Below are positions 28,377-38,260 of a stretch of DNA of 64,000 bases, piece by piece. The DNA comes from Lentisphaeria bacterium (GTDB lineage: Bacteria; Verrucomicrobiota; Lentisphaeria; JABSQK01; JAWLHB01). Where the stretch lies: contig JAWLHB010000009.1 in assembly GCA_041690595.1 (NCBI GenBank), positions 1-64,000 on the forward strand, given 5' to 3'. The stretch's first letter is position 1, and each line of letters starts with the position of its first letter. Below the pieces are notes generated by a model. It saw nothing but the letters and a program-made list of their open reading frames with translations. It was not told the DNA's origin and searched no databases. The translations under genes and the position numbers were made by a program.

Positions 28377-29258
28377 TCAGGGGCGACCGATGCGATAGGC
28401 TTCCTGAAGGTCGTCCGCGGAGAGAGCCCGGCGATAGACGACCAACTCATCGAGGCGGCCCTTGAAGGGGTTCTCGGGGATCTTGCGTCGGCTGCTGCCG
28501 ACGAGAAAGGCGCTTGATGCCTCTGCCGGTGCATTGGTATGCATCTGACCGTCGCCGACCCGCCGGCTGAGGATATCGTCATCCGCCATGCGCCAGAGGG
28601 TAATGCCGTCGCGCGTCTGGACCATGGCGACCATGGTCCAGACATCGGTACCGACGCTCAGGGGGCTTACCTGCAGACCATCTTCGGTCCGCGTCACCAG
28701 GCGATTGTGCGCATCCAGTGAGAGATTGACGGTGCCATGGCCGACAGTGTCGGTGCAGGTGCTTGCCACCAGCGTCTGGGCGCCGGCGCTCGCCGCCTTG
28801 ATCCAGGTGATCAGGGTGTACTCGCCGCTGTCGGCGGCGACCATGTCCAGCCGGTCTGAGATGACTCGCCCGGAGAGACCGTCAAACTCAAGGGCCTTCT
28901 TGCTGTACCAGCGTCCCGCTGCCCAGGCGACGCCGCCATGAAGGGTGCCGAAATGCGCTTCGCGCCGGTAGTCCTCGATCTGGTTGCCCTGGGCATAGTT
29001 CCGCACAATCTCGGTGCCGATGCTGTCGACCATCATCCACTGGAGGACCATCTGCTCGCGAACGCGCTGACTGCGCATGTATCCTTCCCAGCGATCGACC
29101 TTCGCCTGCTCACGCGAGCGATGGATAGCGGGCAGCATAATGGTCACGATCAGAAGAACTGAGAGGAGGACCACCAGCAGTTCCACCAAGGCGAACCTGC
29201 GGACGCGGGCAGGGCATTGGCGGCGGGGAAAGTTAAAGCAGAACGGAAGTCGGCGCAT
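28377..29258 (-). CDS. Prepilin-type N-terminal helix + LamG/concanavalin-A-like domain protein
   Basis: RRFALVELLVVL...LPAIHRSREQAK; ALEFDG, TLITWIK, WTMVAMV, FKGRLDELVVYRRALSADD. Confidence 0.8.
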   Translation of the reverse strand: MRRLPFCFNFPRRQCPARVRRFALVELLVVLLSVLLIVTIMLPAIHRSREQAKVDRWEGYMRSQRVREQMVLQWMMVDSIGTEIVRNYAQGNQIEDYRREAHFGTLHGGVAWAAGRWYSKKALEFDGLSGRVISDRLDMVAADSGEYTLITWIKAASAGAQTLVASTCTDTVGHGTVNLSLDAHNRLVTRTEDGLQVSPLSVGTDVWTMVAMVQTRDGITLWRMADDDILSRRVGDGQMHTNAPAEASSAFLVGSSRRKIPENPFKGRLDELVVYRRALSADDLQEAYRIGRP

Positions 29259-29505
29259 AGCAATATTGGTATCGATCAGGGATGGGCGAGAGAGATGCAG
29301 CGCGCCTCCGGCTACCAGGACACTCGCATAACTGATGGGCATACGCTAATGCGCATCGTTTGGCTTTTCCATAGCCCTGTCTCCAGAACAAACGCTATAT
29401 CTGAATCCCAACGATAGCGGGTCTGGTGGGGGCCGGCAGGGGATTGTCCCTGCGTCGGGGGATGATGGGTGGTGGGCGAGGCTGTTCTTTTTCACTAGTA
29501 AAGGT

Positions 29506-29533
29506 TTGCCATCTGAATCATGAAGCGTATATT
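29506..29533 (+). promoter_or_regulatory. Putative sigma70 promoter of the mutagenesis cassette
   Basis: TTGCCA-N16-TATATT in an AT-rich patch. Confidence 0.45.
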
Positions 29534-29551
29534 TATCAGTATGGTGAGATT

Positions 29552-29803
29552 ATGGAAATTGTCAAGATCAATGAACCGATCCGGGTATTGGCGGCGTTCG
29601 CCCGGGGAGGAATTCAGCCGCTGAGGTTCAAGTGGGAGAACCGTAGCTACACGATCGAGCGCATCAATGGTGAATGGCTGGATCGTGCGGACGAGGCGGA
29701 TGCCTGGCATTTCAGCGTGCAGGTGGGTACGACCACGTATTTTCTGCACTATGCGAGCCGGGATCTTCAATGGTGGCTCGACGAATTGATCAACGAAGGA
29801 TAA
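29552..29803 (+). CDS. Small beta-rich protein (DUF6504-like), first gene of the mutagenesis cassette
   Basis: PLRFKWENRSYTIERINGEW...HFSV....YFLHY.....WWL; 4 nt upstream of the Y-family gene. Confidence 0.65.
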   Translation: MEIVKINEPIRVLAAFARGGIQPLRFKWENRSYTIERINGEWLDRADEADAWHFSVQVGTTTYFLHYASRDLQWWLDELINEG

Positions 29804-29807
29804 CGCG

Positions 29808-30995
29808 ATGAACGCGCATGAACACCTTATCCTGCATCTTCGGCTGGACGACTTTCACGCTTCGGTGGAGCAGCGGCTGATTCCGGCACTGCGGCAGCGA
29901 CCGGTGGTGGTGGGGAAGGAGATTGTCATTTCCTGTTCACGGGAAGCCCGCCAGCTTGGGGTGCGGGTGGGGATGAAGACGCTGAAGGTGCGGCGCCGGT
30001 GTCCGGCGGCGGTGGTGATGCAGGGGCATCGGGATGCCTGCGCCAGCTTGAGCGAGGCGGCGTGGGCGTGCGCCCGCCATTACACGACGGCTCTGGACAG
30101 CCATGCCGGGGATGCTTATGGCGACGCGACGGGGATGGCGTACGTGCACGGCTCGCCGCTGGCGATGGGGCAGAAACTGCAGGAGGAGGTCATCGCCTGC
30201 ACGGGGCTGCCGGTGACCATCGGGCTGGGCAGCAACCGGCTGCTTGCCTGGATGGCGTCGCGGCAGGTGCGCGCCGGCTGCATCGGGTGGATCCGTCCTT
30301 ATGCCGAGGCACGCACCATCAATGGCTTTCCTCTGGTGCAGTTGCCTGGCCTGAGCTACCGCGCGCTGACCACCCTGCGGGAGATGAATGTGGAGCGTCT
30401 GGGGGAATTGCTGAATTTTTCGCGCGACCAGTTGCGGGCGCTGTGCGGGACGGACGGTGACCTGCTTTATGAACGTTGCCGGGGCCTCGACCGGCACACG
30501 ATCGACGCAGCACAGCAGGTCGAATCCATCCATCGCAGCGAATCGCTTACCAGTCCACAGGGGGAGCTGACGGTATTGCACAGTCACCTGCAGGGGTTGA
30601 TCGAGGAGGCGATGCAGGAGGTGCGGAAGGCAACCCTGCACGCGGGACGCTGTGAAGTGGCGCTTCTTTACGATGACGGCAAGCGTGCCACCCGTCGCCG
30701 CTGCCTTCCCGTCCCCACGGCCGCGGATCGGCGGGTTCAGGATCTCGCCGAGGAGTTGCTCGCCGCGCTGATGACCCGCCGCGTCGCGGTGCGACGCCTG
30801 AGTTTGACCATCGACCGCCTGACGACGGCGTCAGGAGCCGACGATCTCTTCGGCGGGGACGAGCCGCTGAGCGATCGGGGCATGTATCACACCATCGACA
30901 CCATCCGTCGCCGCTACGGGCAGGAAGCGATCCTGACCGGCAGTCGGCTCGACATGCTGCGCCCGCGAAACGGCGCGCCAGGAGATTACCCATGA
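29808..30995 (+). CDS. Y-family (DinB/ImuB-like) polymerase, predicted catalytically inactive
   Basis: HLRLDDFHASVEQ (canonical HVDMDAFYASVE); SIDE motif replaced; C-terminal DLF and IDTIRRRYG. Confidence 0.85.
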   Translation: MNAHEHLILHLRLDDFHASVEQRLIPALRQRPVVVGKEIVISCSREARQLGVRVGMKTLKVRRRCPAAVVMQGHRDACASLSEAAWACARHYTTALDSHAGDAYGDATGMAYVHGSPLAMGQKLQEEVIACTGLPVTIGLGSNRLLAWMASRQVRAGCIGWIRPYAEARTINGFPLVQLPGLSYRALTTLREMNVERLGELLNFSRDQLRALCGTDGDLLYERCRGLDRHTIDAAQQVESIHRSESLTSPQGELTVLHSHLQGLIEEAMQEVRKATLHAGRCEVALLYDDGKRATRRRCLPVPTAADRRVQDLAEELLAALMTRRVAVRRLSLTIDRLTTASGADDLFGGDEPLSDRGMYHTIDTIRRRYGQEAILTGSRLDMLRPRNGAPGDYP

Positions 30996-33961
30996 TATCG
31001 TCTTTCACGCCGCTTCACGTACGCAGCGCCTATTCCCTGTTGCGCGGCACAACCCTGCCCGAGGAGCTGCTCGACATCGCCGCGCAAGGCCAGTATGGGG
31101 CGCTTGCGCTCACGGATACGAACAACCTGTATGCGGCGCCGACCTTTTACCAGGCAGCGGAGGCGCGGGGTCTGCGTCCCATTCTCGGGGCGGAGTTGCG
31201 GCAGGGTGAGCAACGGCTCCTCGCGCTGGTCCGGTCGCAGACCGGCTACGAGAATCTCTGCCAGTTGATCACTCGCCTGCAGTACGAGGAAGATCGCCCG
31301 CTGACAGCGATGGCGGCGCGCTTCGGCGAAGGTCTGCATCTGGTCGCCGACGATGCGGCCACCGCACGGCAGGTGCGGGCCGGCGGGGCGGCTCCCGAGA
31401 GCATCTGGCTGGCGCTCGAAAGCGTGATGCAAAAGCGCGCGACGGATGGCGGCGATTTTCCGCTGCTGGCGACGGGTCGGGTGCTGATGGGGAGCAAGAC
31501 GGACCGCGATCTGGCGCGCCTGATGGCGGCGATGCGCCTGGGAACCGTCTACGAACGGGTTTCCGCGGCGGAGGTGCCGCCGGGTGCGGCCTGCCTGCAG
31601 CCGCGCGCCTACTATGAAGCGCGGTATGCGGATTATCCGGATGCGTTGGCTAACAATCGAGCCGTCGCGAGTGAATGCGGCGACTTTCATTTTTTGCCGC
31701 GTGAGGCGGTTTTTCCTGGTTACGAGTGCCCCCGCGGACTTTCGGCGCTCCGCTTCCTGCAGCAGCTCTGCGATGAGGGGCTGCGGCGCCGCTATGGGCT
31801 GCAAGCGCCGACCGGGGCAAAGCGTCGGCTGGAGCGGGAGCTATCGCTGATCGCCCGCATGGGTTTTGTGGAGTACTTCCTGGTGGTGTGGGACATCGTG
31901 CAGTATGCGCGGCGGCGGCGGGCGCCGGTGGCTGGCCGGGGAAGCGGCGCGAGCAGCCTGGTCGCCTATCTTCTGGAGATCACTAATGTGTGCCCGCTTC
32001 ACTATGAGCTTCCCTTCGAGCGTTTTCTGCATGAGGAGCGGGAGGATTTTCCGGATCTGGACATCGATTTCTGCTGGCGCATTCGCGACGAGGTGATCGA
32101 CTATGCCTTTCGGCGGTGGGGGAACGAGAATGTGGCGATGGTCTCGATGCATTGCACCTTCCAGCAGCGGGCGGCTGTCCGGGAGACGCTGAAGGCCTTC
32201 GGTTTTTCCAACGAGCAGATCTCGGAGTTGGGCGACGGCGCGCCGCGGAACGATCCACGCCTGGCCCAGATCCAGCAGCTTGCGGCGCGGCTGGTGGGGC
32301 TGCCGCACACGCTTTCCGTTCACCCGGGCGGCATCGTCATCGGGCGTCAGCCGATCGATCGTTACGTGCCGATCCAGCCGGCGCCGAAGGGGGTGGGCAT
32401 CACGCAGTACGACAAGCGCGGGATCGAGTCTATCGGGCTGGTGAAGATCGACCTGCTGGGCAACCGCAATCTCTCCACGGTGCGTGCGGCCTGCGCGCTG
32501 ATCGAGCAGCGCCGGGGGCAGCATGTGGATATCGAGCGCCTGCCGGTGGACGATCCAGCGACGGTGGCGCGCCTGCAGGCGGGGGATACGATCGGGTGCA
32601 ATCAATTGGAATCTCCGGCCATGCGGCAGTTGCTGACCATGGTACGTCCACGCCATACGCACGATGTCATGCAGGTGATGGCGCTGATTCGTCCTGGAGC
32701 GGCGAGCATCGGGATGAAGGAGGTCTTCATCCGCCGCCACCGCGGGCTGGACCATCCGCCGAAGGGTCATCCGAAGGTGGATGCGATTCTGGCGGAATCG
32801 AACGGGATCATGGTTTACCAGGACGACGTGATGCGGGTGGCCGCGGCGATGCTGAACACGACGCTGGTGGAGGGGGATCATTTTCGCCGCTCGGTCGAAA
32901 AGTGCCGCGACGATGCGAAGCGGGAGGAATTGTCGCGGCTCTTTCTGACCCGGGCGGCCGCCAACGGGATCGACCTGGAGTTTGCCAAGCACATGTGGGT
33001 GCAGATGGCCAAGTACAACAGCTACTCCTTCTGCCGGGCGCATGCGGCCAGTTATGGTCTGCTCTCCTATGGCGGAGTCTGGCTGAAGAGCCATTATCCG
33101 CTGGAGTTCTGGACCGCCTCGCTCAACAACAACCAGAGCATGTATCCGTTGCGCGTGTATATCGAGGAAGCCAAGCGGATGGGGATTCGCTTTCTCTTGC
33201 CGGAGATCAACGGATCGGAGGAAGATTTCACGATCGAAGGCAATGCCATCCGGCTGGGGCTGCGGCTGGTTCAGGGGCTCGGCGAGACGGGTATCGCGAC
33301 GATTCTGCGTGCCCGCCGCGGCGGCGCTTTCACCAGCGTCCGCGATTTTCTCGCCCGTACCCGGTTATCCATCGCCGCCACCAAGGCGCTGATTCTCTGC
33401 GGCGCCTTCGACACGCTTGCCGCCAACCGGCCGAGCCTGATCATGGCGCTCAACCTGTGCGCGGGAGAGCGGCCTCGGGCGACGGGCCCGCAGGACGAAC
33501 TATTTGCGGTGGAGCCGCAGCTGCATGGGGGGTTCAGTCGGGACTTCCCGCCACAACGCAAGTACATCGATGAGTGGCGGGTTCTGGGGCTTTCGGTGCG
33601 CCAGCATATCCTGGCGCTCTTCCGCGGGCAGTTCACCGATCGCGTGGATCTGGACAGCCGTCACCTGCGTGACTGGGTTGGGCGTGACGTGACGCTCGTC
33701 GGCATGCTGGAGACGCGCCAGGCCGCATATACGCGGCAGAACGACGAGATGATGTTCGCGACTTTCTCGGATGAACATGGGCTCTTCGAGGTGAATATCT
33801 TTCCGGAGCTCTGCCGCCGGCTGCACGGAAGTTTGAGTTTCTACGGTCCGTACCTGATCACTGGGCGCGTGGGCACCAAGTACGACACCTACAGCATCGA
33901 TGCCACGGCCGTGAGCCTGGCGCGATCGCCTGACGCGGCGATCTTCCGCGAAAGCGCCTGA
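30992..33961 (+). CDS. dnaE2: Error-prone DNA polymerase III alpha subunit (DnaE2/ImuC)
   Basis: PHP domain LHVRSAYSLL; GRGSGASSLVAY, FERFL, PDLDIDF, HPGG, KIDLLG; OB fold; short C-terminus; coupled to the Y-family gene. Confidence 0.9.
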   Translation: MISSFTPLHVRSAYSLLRGTTLPEELLDIAAQGQYGALALTDTNNLYAAPTFYQAAEARGLRPILGAELRQGEQRLLALVRSQTGYENLCQLITRLQYEEDRPLTAMAARFGEGLHLVADDAATARQVRAGGAAPESIWLALESVMQKRATDGGDFPLLATGRVLMGSKTDRDLARLMAAMRLGTVYERVSAAEVPPGAACLQPRAYYEARYADYPDALANNRAVASECGDFHFLPREAVFPGYECPRGLSALRFLQQLCDEGLRRRYGLQAPTGAKRRLERELSLIARMGFVEYFLVVWDIVQYARRRRAPVAGRGSGASSLVAYLLEITNVCPLHYELPFERFLHEEREDFPDLDIDFCWRIRDEVIDYAFRRWGNENVAMVSMHCTFQQRAAVRETLKAFGFSNEQISELGDGAPRNDPRLAQIQQLAARLVGLPHTLSVHPGGIVIGRQPIDRYVPIQPAPKGVGITQYDKRGIESIGLVKIDLLGNRNLSTVRAACALIEQRRGQHVDIERLPVDDPATVARLQAGDTIGCNQLESPAMRQLLTMVRPRHTHDVMQVMALIRPGAASIGMKEVFIRRHRGLDHPPKGHPKVDAILAESNGIMVYQDDVMRVAAAMLNTTLVEGDHFRRSVEKCRDDAKREELSRLFLTRAAANGIDLEFAKHMWVQMAKYNSYSFCRAHAASYGLLSYGGVWLKSHYPLEFWTASLNNNQSMYPLRVYIEEAKRMGIRFLLPEINGSEEDFTIEGNAIRLGLRLVQGLGETGIATILRARRGGAFTSVRDFLARTRLSIAATKALILCGAFDTLAANRPSLIMALNLCAGERPRATGPQDELFAVEPQLHGGFSRDFPPQRKYIDEWRVLGLSVRQHILALFRGQFTDRVDLDSRHLRDWVGRDVTLVGMLETRQAAYTRQNDEMMFATFSDEHGLFEVNIFPELCRRLHGSLSFYGPYLITGRVGTKYDTYSIDATAVSLARSPDAAIFRESA

Positions 33962-34148
33962 GCCGCCGCCATGGAGGATAGGACGGGATAGGACGCATAG
34001 GACGGGAAGTGCCTGACCGGTGGTTGGGGGCACCGCAGTGGACGAAGTGGGCCGTGGGGGCTATGGATAAATAGCGCGGTACCGCTTGACTTTTGAGTTA
34101 TATGTAGCATATTGAATGGCTATGGAAGAATGTTTTTTCGGGGATTGC

Positions 34149-34161
34149 GGGGGGGGGGGGG
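34149..34161 (+). repeat. Poly-G homopolymer (13 G)
   Basis: Read directly from the sequence. Confidence 0.85.
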
Positions 34162-34202
34162 ATATGGCAAGACGGCATGAACGCATACACGACGGCAGGT
34201 AC

Positions 34203-34863
34203 TTGGACCGAGGTTTTGGTGGACGGACCGAGGTTTCGACCGAGGTTCTTGGGAAGGACGTCGCGCGGGAAGGGGGCAATGGCAATGGCAGGGCTGTTGG
34301 GCAAGGGGCGGAAGAGAGACAAGTCGGACGAGTCGGACGAGTCGGACGGGTCGGACGGCAGAAGCAGGGCTGTTGGGGCAACAGTAGGGACGACCTTGGA
34401 ACCGAGGTTTCGACCGAGGTTCTTGGGAAGGACATCGCGCGGGAAGGGGGCGATGGCAATGGCAGGGCTGTTGGGCAAGGGGCGGAAGAGAGACGGGTCG
34501 GACGAGTCGGACGAGTCGGACGGGTCGGACGGCAGAAGCAGGGCTGTTGGGGCAACAGTAGGGACGACCTTGGAACCGAGGTTTCGACCGAGGTTTTTGG
34601 GAAGGACATCGCGCGGGAAGGGGGCGATGGCAATGGCATGGCTGTTGGGCAAGGGGCGGAAGAGAGACAAGTCGGACAAGTCGGACGAGTCAGACAAGTC
34701 GGACGTGTCGGACGGCAGAAAGGGCGACCTTGGAACCGAGGTTTCGACCGAGGTTTTCGGGAAGGACATCACGCGGGGGAGGCGATGGGGCAAGGGGCGG
34801 AAGAGAGACAAGTCGGACGGACGACCTTGGAACCGAGGTTTCGACCGAGGTTTTCGGGAAGGG
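34203..34863. repeat. Composite tandem repeat array with 174-bp unit and nested 12-bp and 9-bp repeats
   Basis: Core ACCGAGGTTTCGACCGAGG at 34227, 34401, 34575, 34735, 34832 (periods 174, 174, 160, 97). Confidence 0.95.
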
Positions 34864-34960
34864 CGTCGCTCGGAGAGGGGGCTCCCACATTTGGGGGACG
34901 GCCTTTCGACTTATGTTATTTTGATATATAGTGGTGGGCATCAACAAGCGGGAGGGGGTC

Positions 34961-37234
34961 ATGGAGCTGAGTGGACAAGGTTGGGCAGCGTCGGTGAGCG
35001 AGGCGGGGCATCTTCAATGGCTGGATGCGGGCGAGCGGCGGATCGGCTTTCGGGAGGATCGATGGGCGGGGCCGGCCTGGTATGGGGAATGGGAGTCGCA
35101 CACTCACGAGGTGGCGTTGAGGTGGGCGGGGGATGGCGAATTTTCCGGGGAGGCGGATGGTTTGAGCTTTCGGCTGCGCTATCGGGCGGCGGGAGAGGCG
35201 CTGGCGGTGACGGCGACGATTGACAATAGGCGCGGGAGCCCTTTTCGTCCGGTGCGGGCGGGTCTTCGCCTCGGGGTGGACAGCTTGATGGAACGGTATC
35301 CGGATTGGAATCAGCAGCTTTTCCCGACGCTGCTGCGTTGCGAATCGAGCCACTTCTGGGGCTACTTCATGAGCCCGGAGGGGGCGGTGCTGGGGATTGC
35401 CTCACCGGATCCGGTTGCGTCGTGGAGCCTCAACTACAACCGGGCGAGCTACGGGGACTACGGGCATCGCATTCATACGGCGAATCTGGACCTGCTCCAG
35501 GCGCTGCCGCTGCCGTCGCGGCATCCGCATATCGATGAGCTGCAGGCGGGGGAAGAGCGGAGCTGGACGATCTTCCTGCAACCGCTGGAGGGACTGGGGG
35601 AGGTCAAGCCGGTGCTGGCGAGGCTGTGCGAGGCGCCCATGCTGGAGATCGACCGCTTGACGCTGCTACCGGGGGAGCGGGCGACGCTGACGGTATATGG
35701 CGAGGAGTCGGTGACGCTCGCTGGGATTCCGCATGTGGCGCTTGGCGGGGGACGCTACGAGCTGCTGCCGGGGGATGCGGTCAGGGAGCGGCGGCTGGTG
35801 GTGACGGGGAAGAATGGGAAGGCCGCGGAGGCGCGGCTTTATGTGCGTCCGGCGTGGTCGTGGTACCTGGAGAATGCGCGGCGGGAGTCGTTGCGGATAC
35901 CGCAGAAGGCGAGTACGCATGTGGAGGGTTGGCTCGGGCTGTATACGCAGACGCTGGCGCGGCTGCATGTTCCGGAAGCGGAAGCGGACGAGGCGGGGGA
36001 GGCGAAGTATAGGGAGATCGTGCCGCAGATGATGGATCTGGAGGCGGCGGCGCCGCGCTACTGCAAGACGCGGGTGCTCAACCCGGCGTATATGGCGGGT
36101 CTGCATGCGGCGCGCTGGCGCGCGACGGGAGATCCGCGGGAGTTGCGGATTGCCGGGGGGCTGGCGGATTACGTGCTGAGCTTTCAGGCACCCAACGGAT
36201 CGATCTATGGGGATGCGGGAAAGGGGATTCATCGGGTGGACTACACGTCGGTCGCCTATCCGATCAAGTCGGTGCTGGAGGTTTGCCTGGCGGAGCGAGC
36301 GGCGGGGTTGGAGGAGTCGGCGGAGCGTCATTGGCGGGGCGTGAAGGGGGCGATGGATGCGCTGGTGCGTCAGCGGGACAATATCGAGACGGAGGGGGAG
36401 ATCACCTTCGAGGATGGGATGATCGCGTGCAGCGCGGCGCAATTGGGCTTCTTTGCGCTGCAGCAGGAGGATCCGGAGGAACGGCGGATCTACGGGGAGG
36501 CGGCGCTGGGCTTCCTGAAGGGGCATCGCTGCCTGCAGCAGCTGCTGATACCGGACTGCCGCATGCATGGCTGCACGTTGCGCTTCTGGGAATCGCAGTA
36601 CGACGTGCTGCTCACACCCAACATGCTCAATTCGCCGCATGGCTGGAGTTCGTGGAAGAGCTATGCGACCTGGTACGCGTATCAACTGACGGGGGATGAG
36701 GAGTGGCTGCGGCTGACGATGAATACGCTGGGTGCCTGCATGCAGGTGCTGGAGGCGCCAAGTGGTCGCCTGCGCTGGGGTTTTGTGCCCGATCCTTACG
36801 TACGGGCCGATCAGTTTGGCCCCCGCACGCACTGGAGTATCGATCTGAAGCCGGAGCGGGTCTTCATCGAGGATCCGGCGCGACCGGGCTGCGGTGAAGG
36901 GGCGAAGCGGATCATCGGGGAGCAGTATGTGGAGATGATCAGCGATGTGTACGAGGGCTGGTGCTGCGACAACGATGTGCACGAGCACTTCAAGTGCCTG
37001 GAGGAGGTGGCGCTGACCTCTGCTTATGTGGTGGAGCGTGCCGATGGCACGATCGCGGCGTGGAATGGGCGGGTCGCGGTGGAGGACGGGTTGGTGCGGG
37101 TGGAGCCGGCGGACGAGATTGTTTCGGCGGTACACCTGAATCTGCGCCAGCCGCATCGGCTGAGGATCGGCTTTGGCGGTGGCGCGCGAGAGGTCGATGC
37201 CGGGGCCGGCCTGCAGTGGGTGACGTGCGGCTGA
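34961..37234 (+). CDS. Hypothetical glycoside hydrolase-like protein (beta-sandwich + six-hairpin-like alpha/alpha barrel)
   Basis: Long ORF with GGAGG RBS; conserved-looking FEDGMIACSA, RFWESQYDV, NSPHGWSSW, CCDNDVHEHFKCLEE. Confidence 0.6.
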   Translation: MELSGQGWAASVSEAGHLQWLDAGERRIGFREDRWAGPAWYGEWESHTHEVALRWAGDGEFSGEADGLSFRLRYRAAGEALAVTATIDNRRGSPFRPVRAGLRLGVDSLMERYPDWNQQLFPTLLRCESSHFWGYFMSPEGAVLGIASPDPVASWSLNYNRASYGDYGHRIHTANLDLLQALPLPSRHPHIDELQAGEERSWTIFLQPLEGLGEVKPVLARLCEAPMLEIDRLTLLPGERATLTVYGEESVTLAGIPHVALGGGRYELLPGDAVRERRLVVTGKNGKAAEARLYVRPAWSWYLENARRESLRIPQKASTHVEGWLGLYTQTLARLHVPEAEADEAGEAKYREIVPQMMDLEAAAPRYCKTRVLNPAYMAGLHAARWRATGDPRELRIAGGLADYVLSFQAPNGSIYGDAGKGIHRVDYTSVAYPIKSVLEVCLAERAAGLEESAERHWRGVKGAMDALVRQRDNIETEGEITFEDGMIACSAAQLGFFALQQEDPEERRIYGEAALGFLKGHRCLQQLLIPDCRMHGCTLRFWESQYDVLLTPNMLNSPHGWSSWKSYATWYAYQLTGDEEWLRLTMNTLGACMQVLEAPSGRLRWGFVPDPYVRADQFGPRTHWSIDLKPERVFIEDPARPGCGEGAKRIIGEQYVEMISDVYEGWCCDNDVHEHFKCLEEVALTSAYVVERADGTIAAWNGRVAVEDGLVRVEPADEIVSAVHLNLRQPHRLRIGFGGGAREVDAGAGLQWVTCG

Positions 37235-37350
37235 AGGGGAGAGCAGAAGAATGGTCACGGAGAAAAGCTTGTAATAGGGGTCGCGGACTATTATACTTTC
37301 TTTATCGAGATTGATGTATGCCATTCAAGCACATGCATTGGAGCATTGCC

Positions 37351-38211
37351 ATGAGAGATCAACAGTGGGTTGAGAGAGAGAGCCGTTTCACGCTGATAGA
37401 GCTGCTGGTGGTGGTATCGATAATCGCGATTCTGGCCTCGATGCTGCTGCCGGCGCTGACCCAGGCGCGGGCGAAGGCCCGGCGGATCAGCTGCCTGGGC
37501 AACTTGAAGCAGATCGGCACGGCGAGCCTGATGTATGCGGGAGATCACGACGACGTTCTGTCGGAGATGGGGCGGTTTTCCGGGATGTACACCGGTGACT
37601 ACAACTGGAACGGGGTGGTCTATTCGTTTGCGTCCATGTACACGGACTACCTTCAGGGGAACCTGGCGGTGAGCGGGCAGACGGCGGCGGGTTCCCTGCG
37701 TTTCTGGACAGCCAAGGTTTTCGTGTGCCCGGACAGCCGGCGGCTGACCAGCACGACCCCGTACAACTTCTACCGTCTTCCCTATGGGCAGATGGGGGGC
37801 AGCGTGCACGACAGCGCGGTACGCGTGTCCAAACAGCAGGCCATGTTCGACAATAATGTGAAGCGCGGCAGGACGACGGGGAGTTCGCCGGCGCTGTGGA
37901 TGGACCGGGTCAACGACTACTACGTAAACTATGGCAACAACGGCGGGCCGATGGAGACGAATCATCGGAGCGAGCATGTTCCGCCCGAAGGTGGGAATGT
38001 GGTGAATCTGGACGGCAGTGCCAGATGGTTTGCGTACCGGCCCGGCTATGCCAACGTCAAAAGCGAAAACATGATCTGGACGTATAGCAGCATGAATTAC
38101 GTGGGCCATCCGACGAATGCGTTGTATCTGCGTTCGGACGGCACGGGCAACCTCTCCGCCTCTAACAGCATCTGGGCCAACGGCATCTGGGAAGCACGCT
38201 ATTTCTATTGA
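37351..38211 (+). CDS. Prepilin-type N-terminal cleavage/methylation domain protein (DUF1559/H-X9-DG type)
   Basis: [54 protein letters not shown]. Confidence 0.9.
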   Translation: MRDQQWVERESRFTLIELLVVVSIIAILASMLLPALTQARAKARRISCLGNLKQIGTASLMYAGDHDDVLSEMGRFSGMYTGDYNWNGVVYSFASMYTDYLQGNLAVSGQTAAGSLRFWTAKVFVCPDSRRLTSTTPYNFYRLPYGQMGGSVHDSAVRVSKQQAMFDNNVKRGRTTGSSPALWMDRVNDYYVNYGNNGGPMETNHRSEHVPPEGGNVVNLDGSARWFAYRPGYANVKSENMIWTYSSMNYVGHPTNALYLRSDGTGNLSASNSIWANGIWEARYFY

Positions 38212-38260
38212 TGCGCGACCAGCGAATCCTACGATCATCTCCATTTCAGGGAAACCGCAC

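Noticed and set aside
29370..29500. LexA box (TGTTC-N4-GAACA type) upstream of the mutagenesis cassette
   Set aside because: Only isolated half-sites (GAACA 29386-29390; TGTTC 29483-29487) with poor partner halves.
34203..34863. CRISPR array
   Set aside because: The intervening sequences are long, are copies of each other and vary in length; no cas genes are present.
34061..35223. Repeat-encoded proteins (four overlapping ORFs)
   Set aside because: The open frames follow from a stop-poor unit whose length is a multiple of 3; no frame is clearly favoured, so none is called as CDS.
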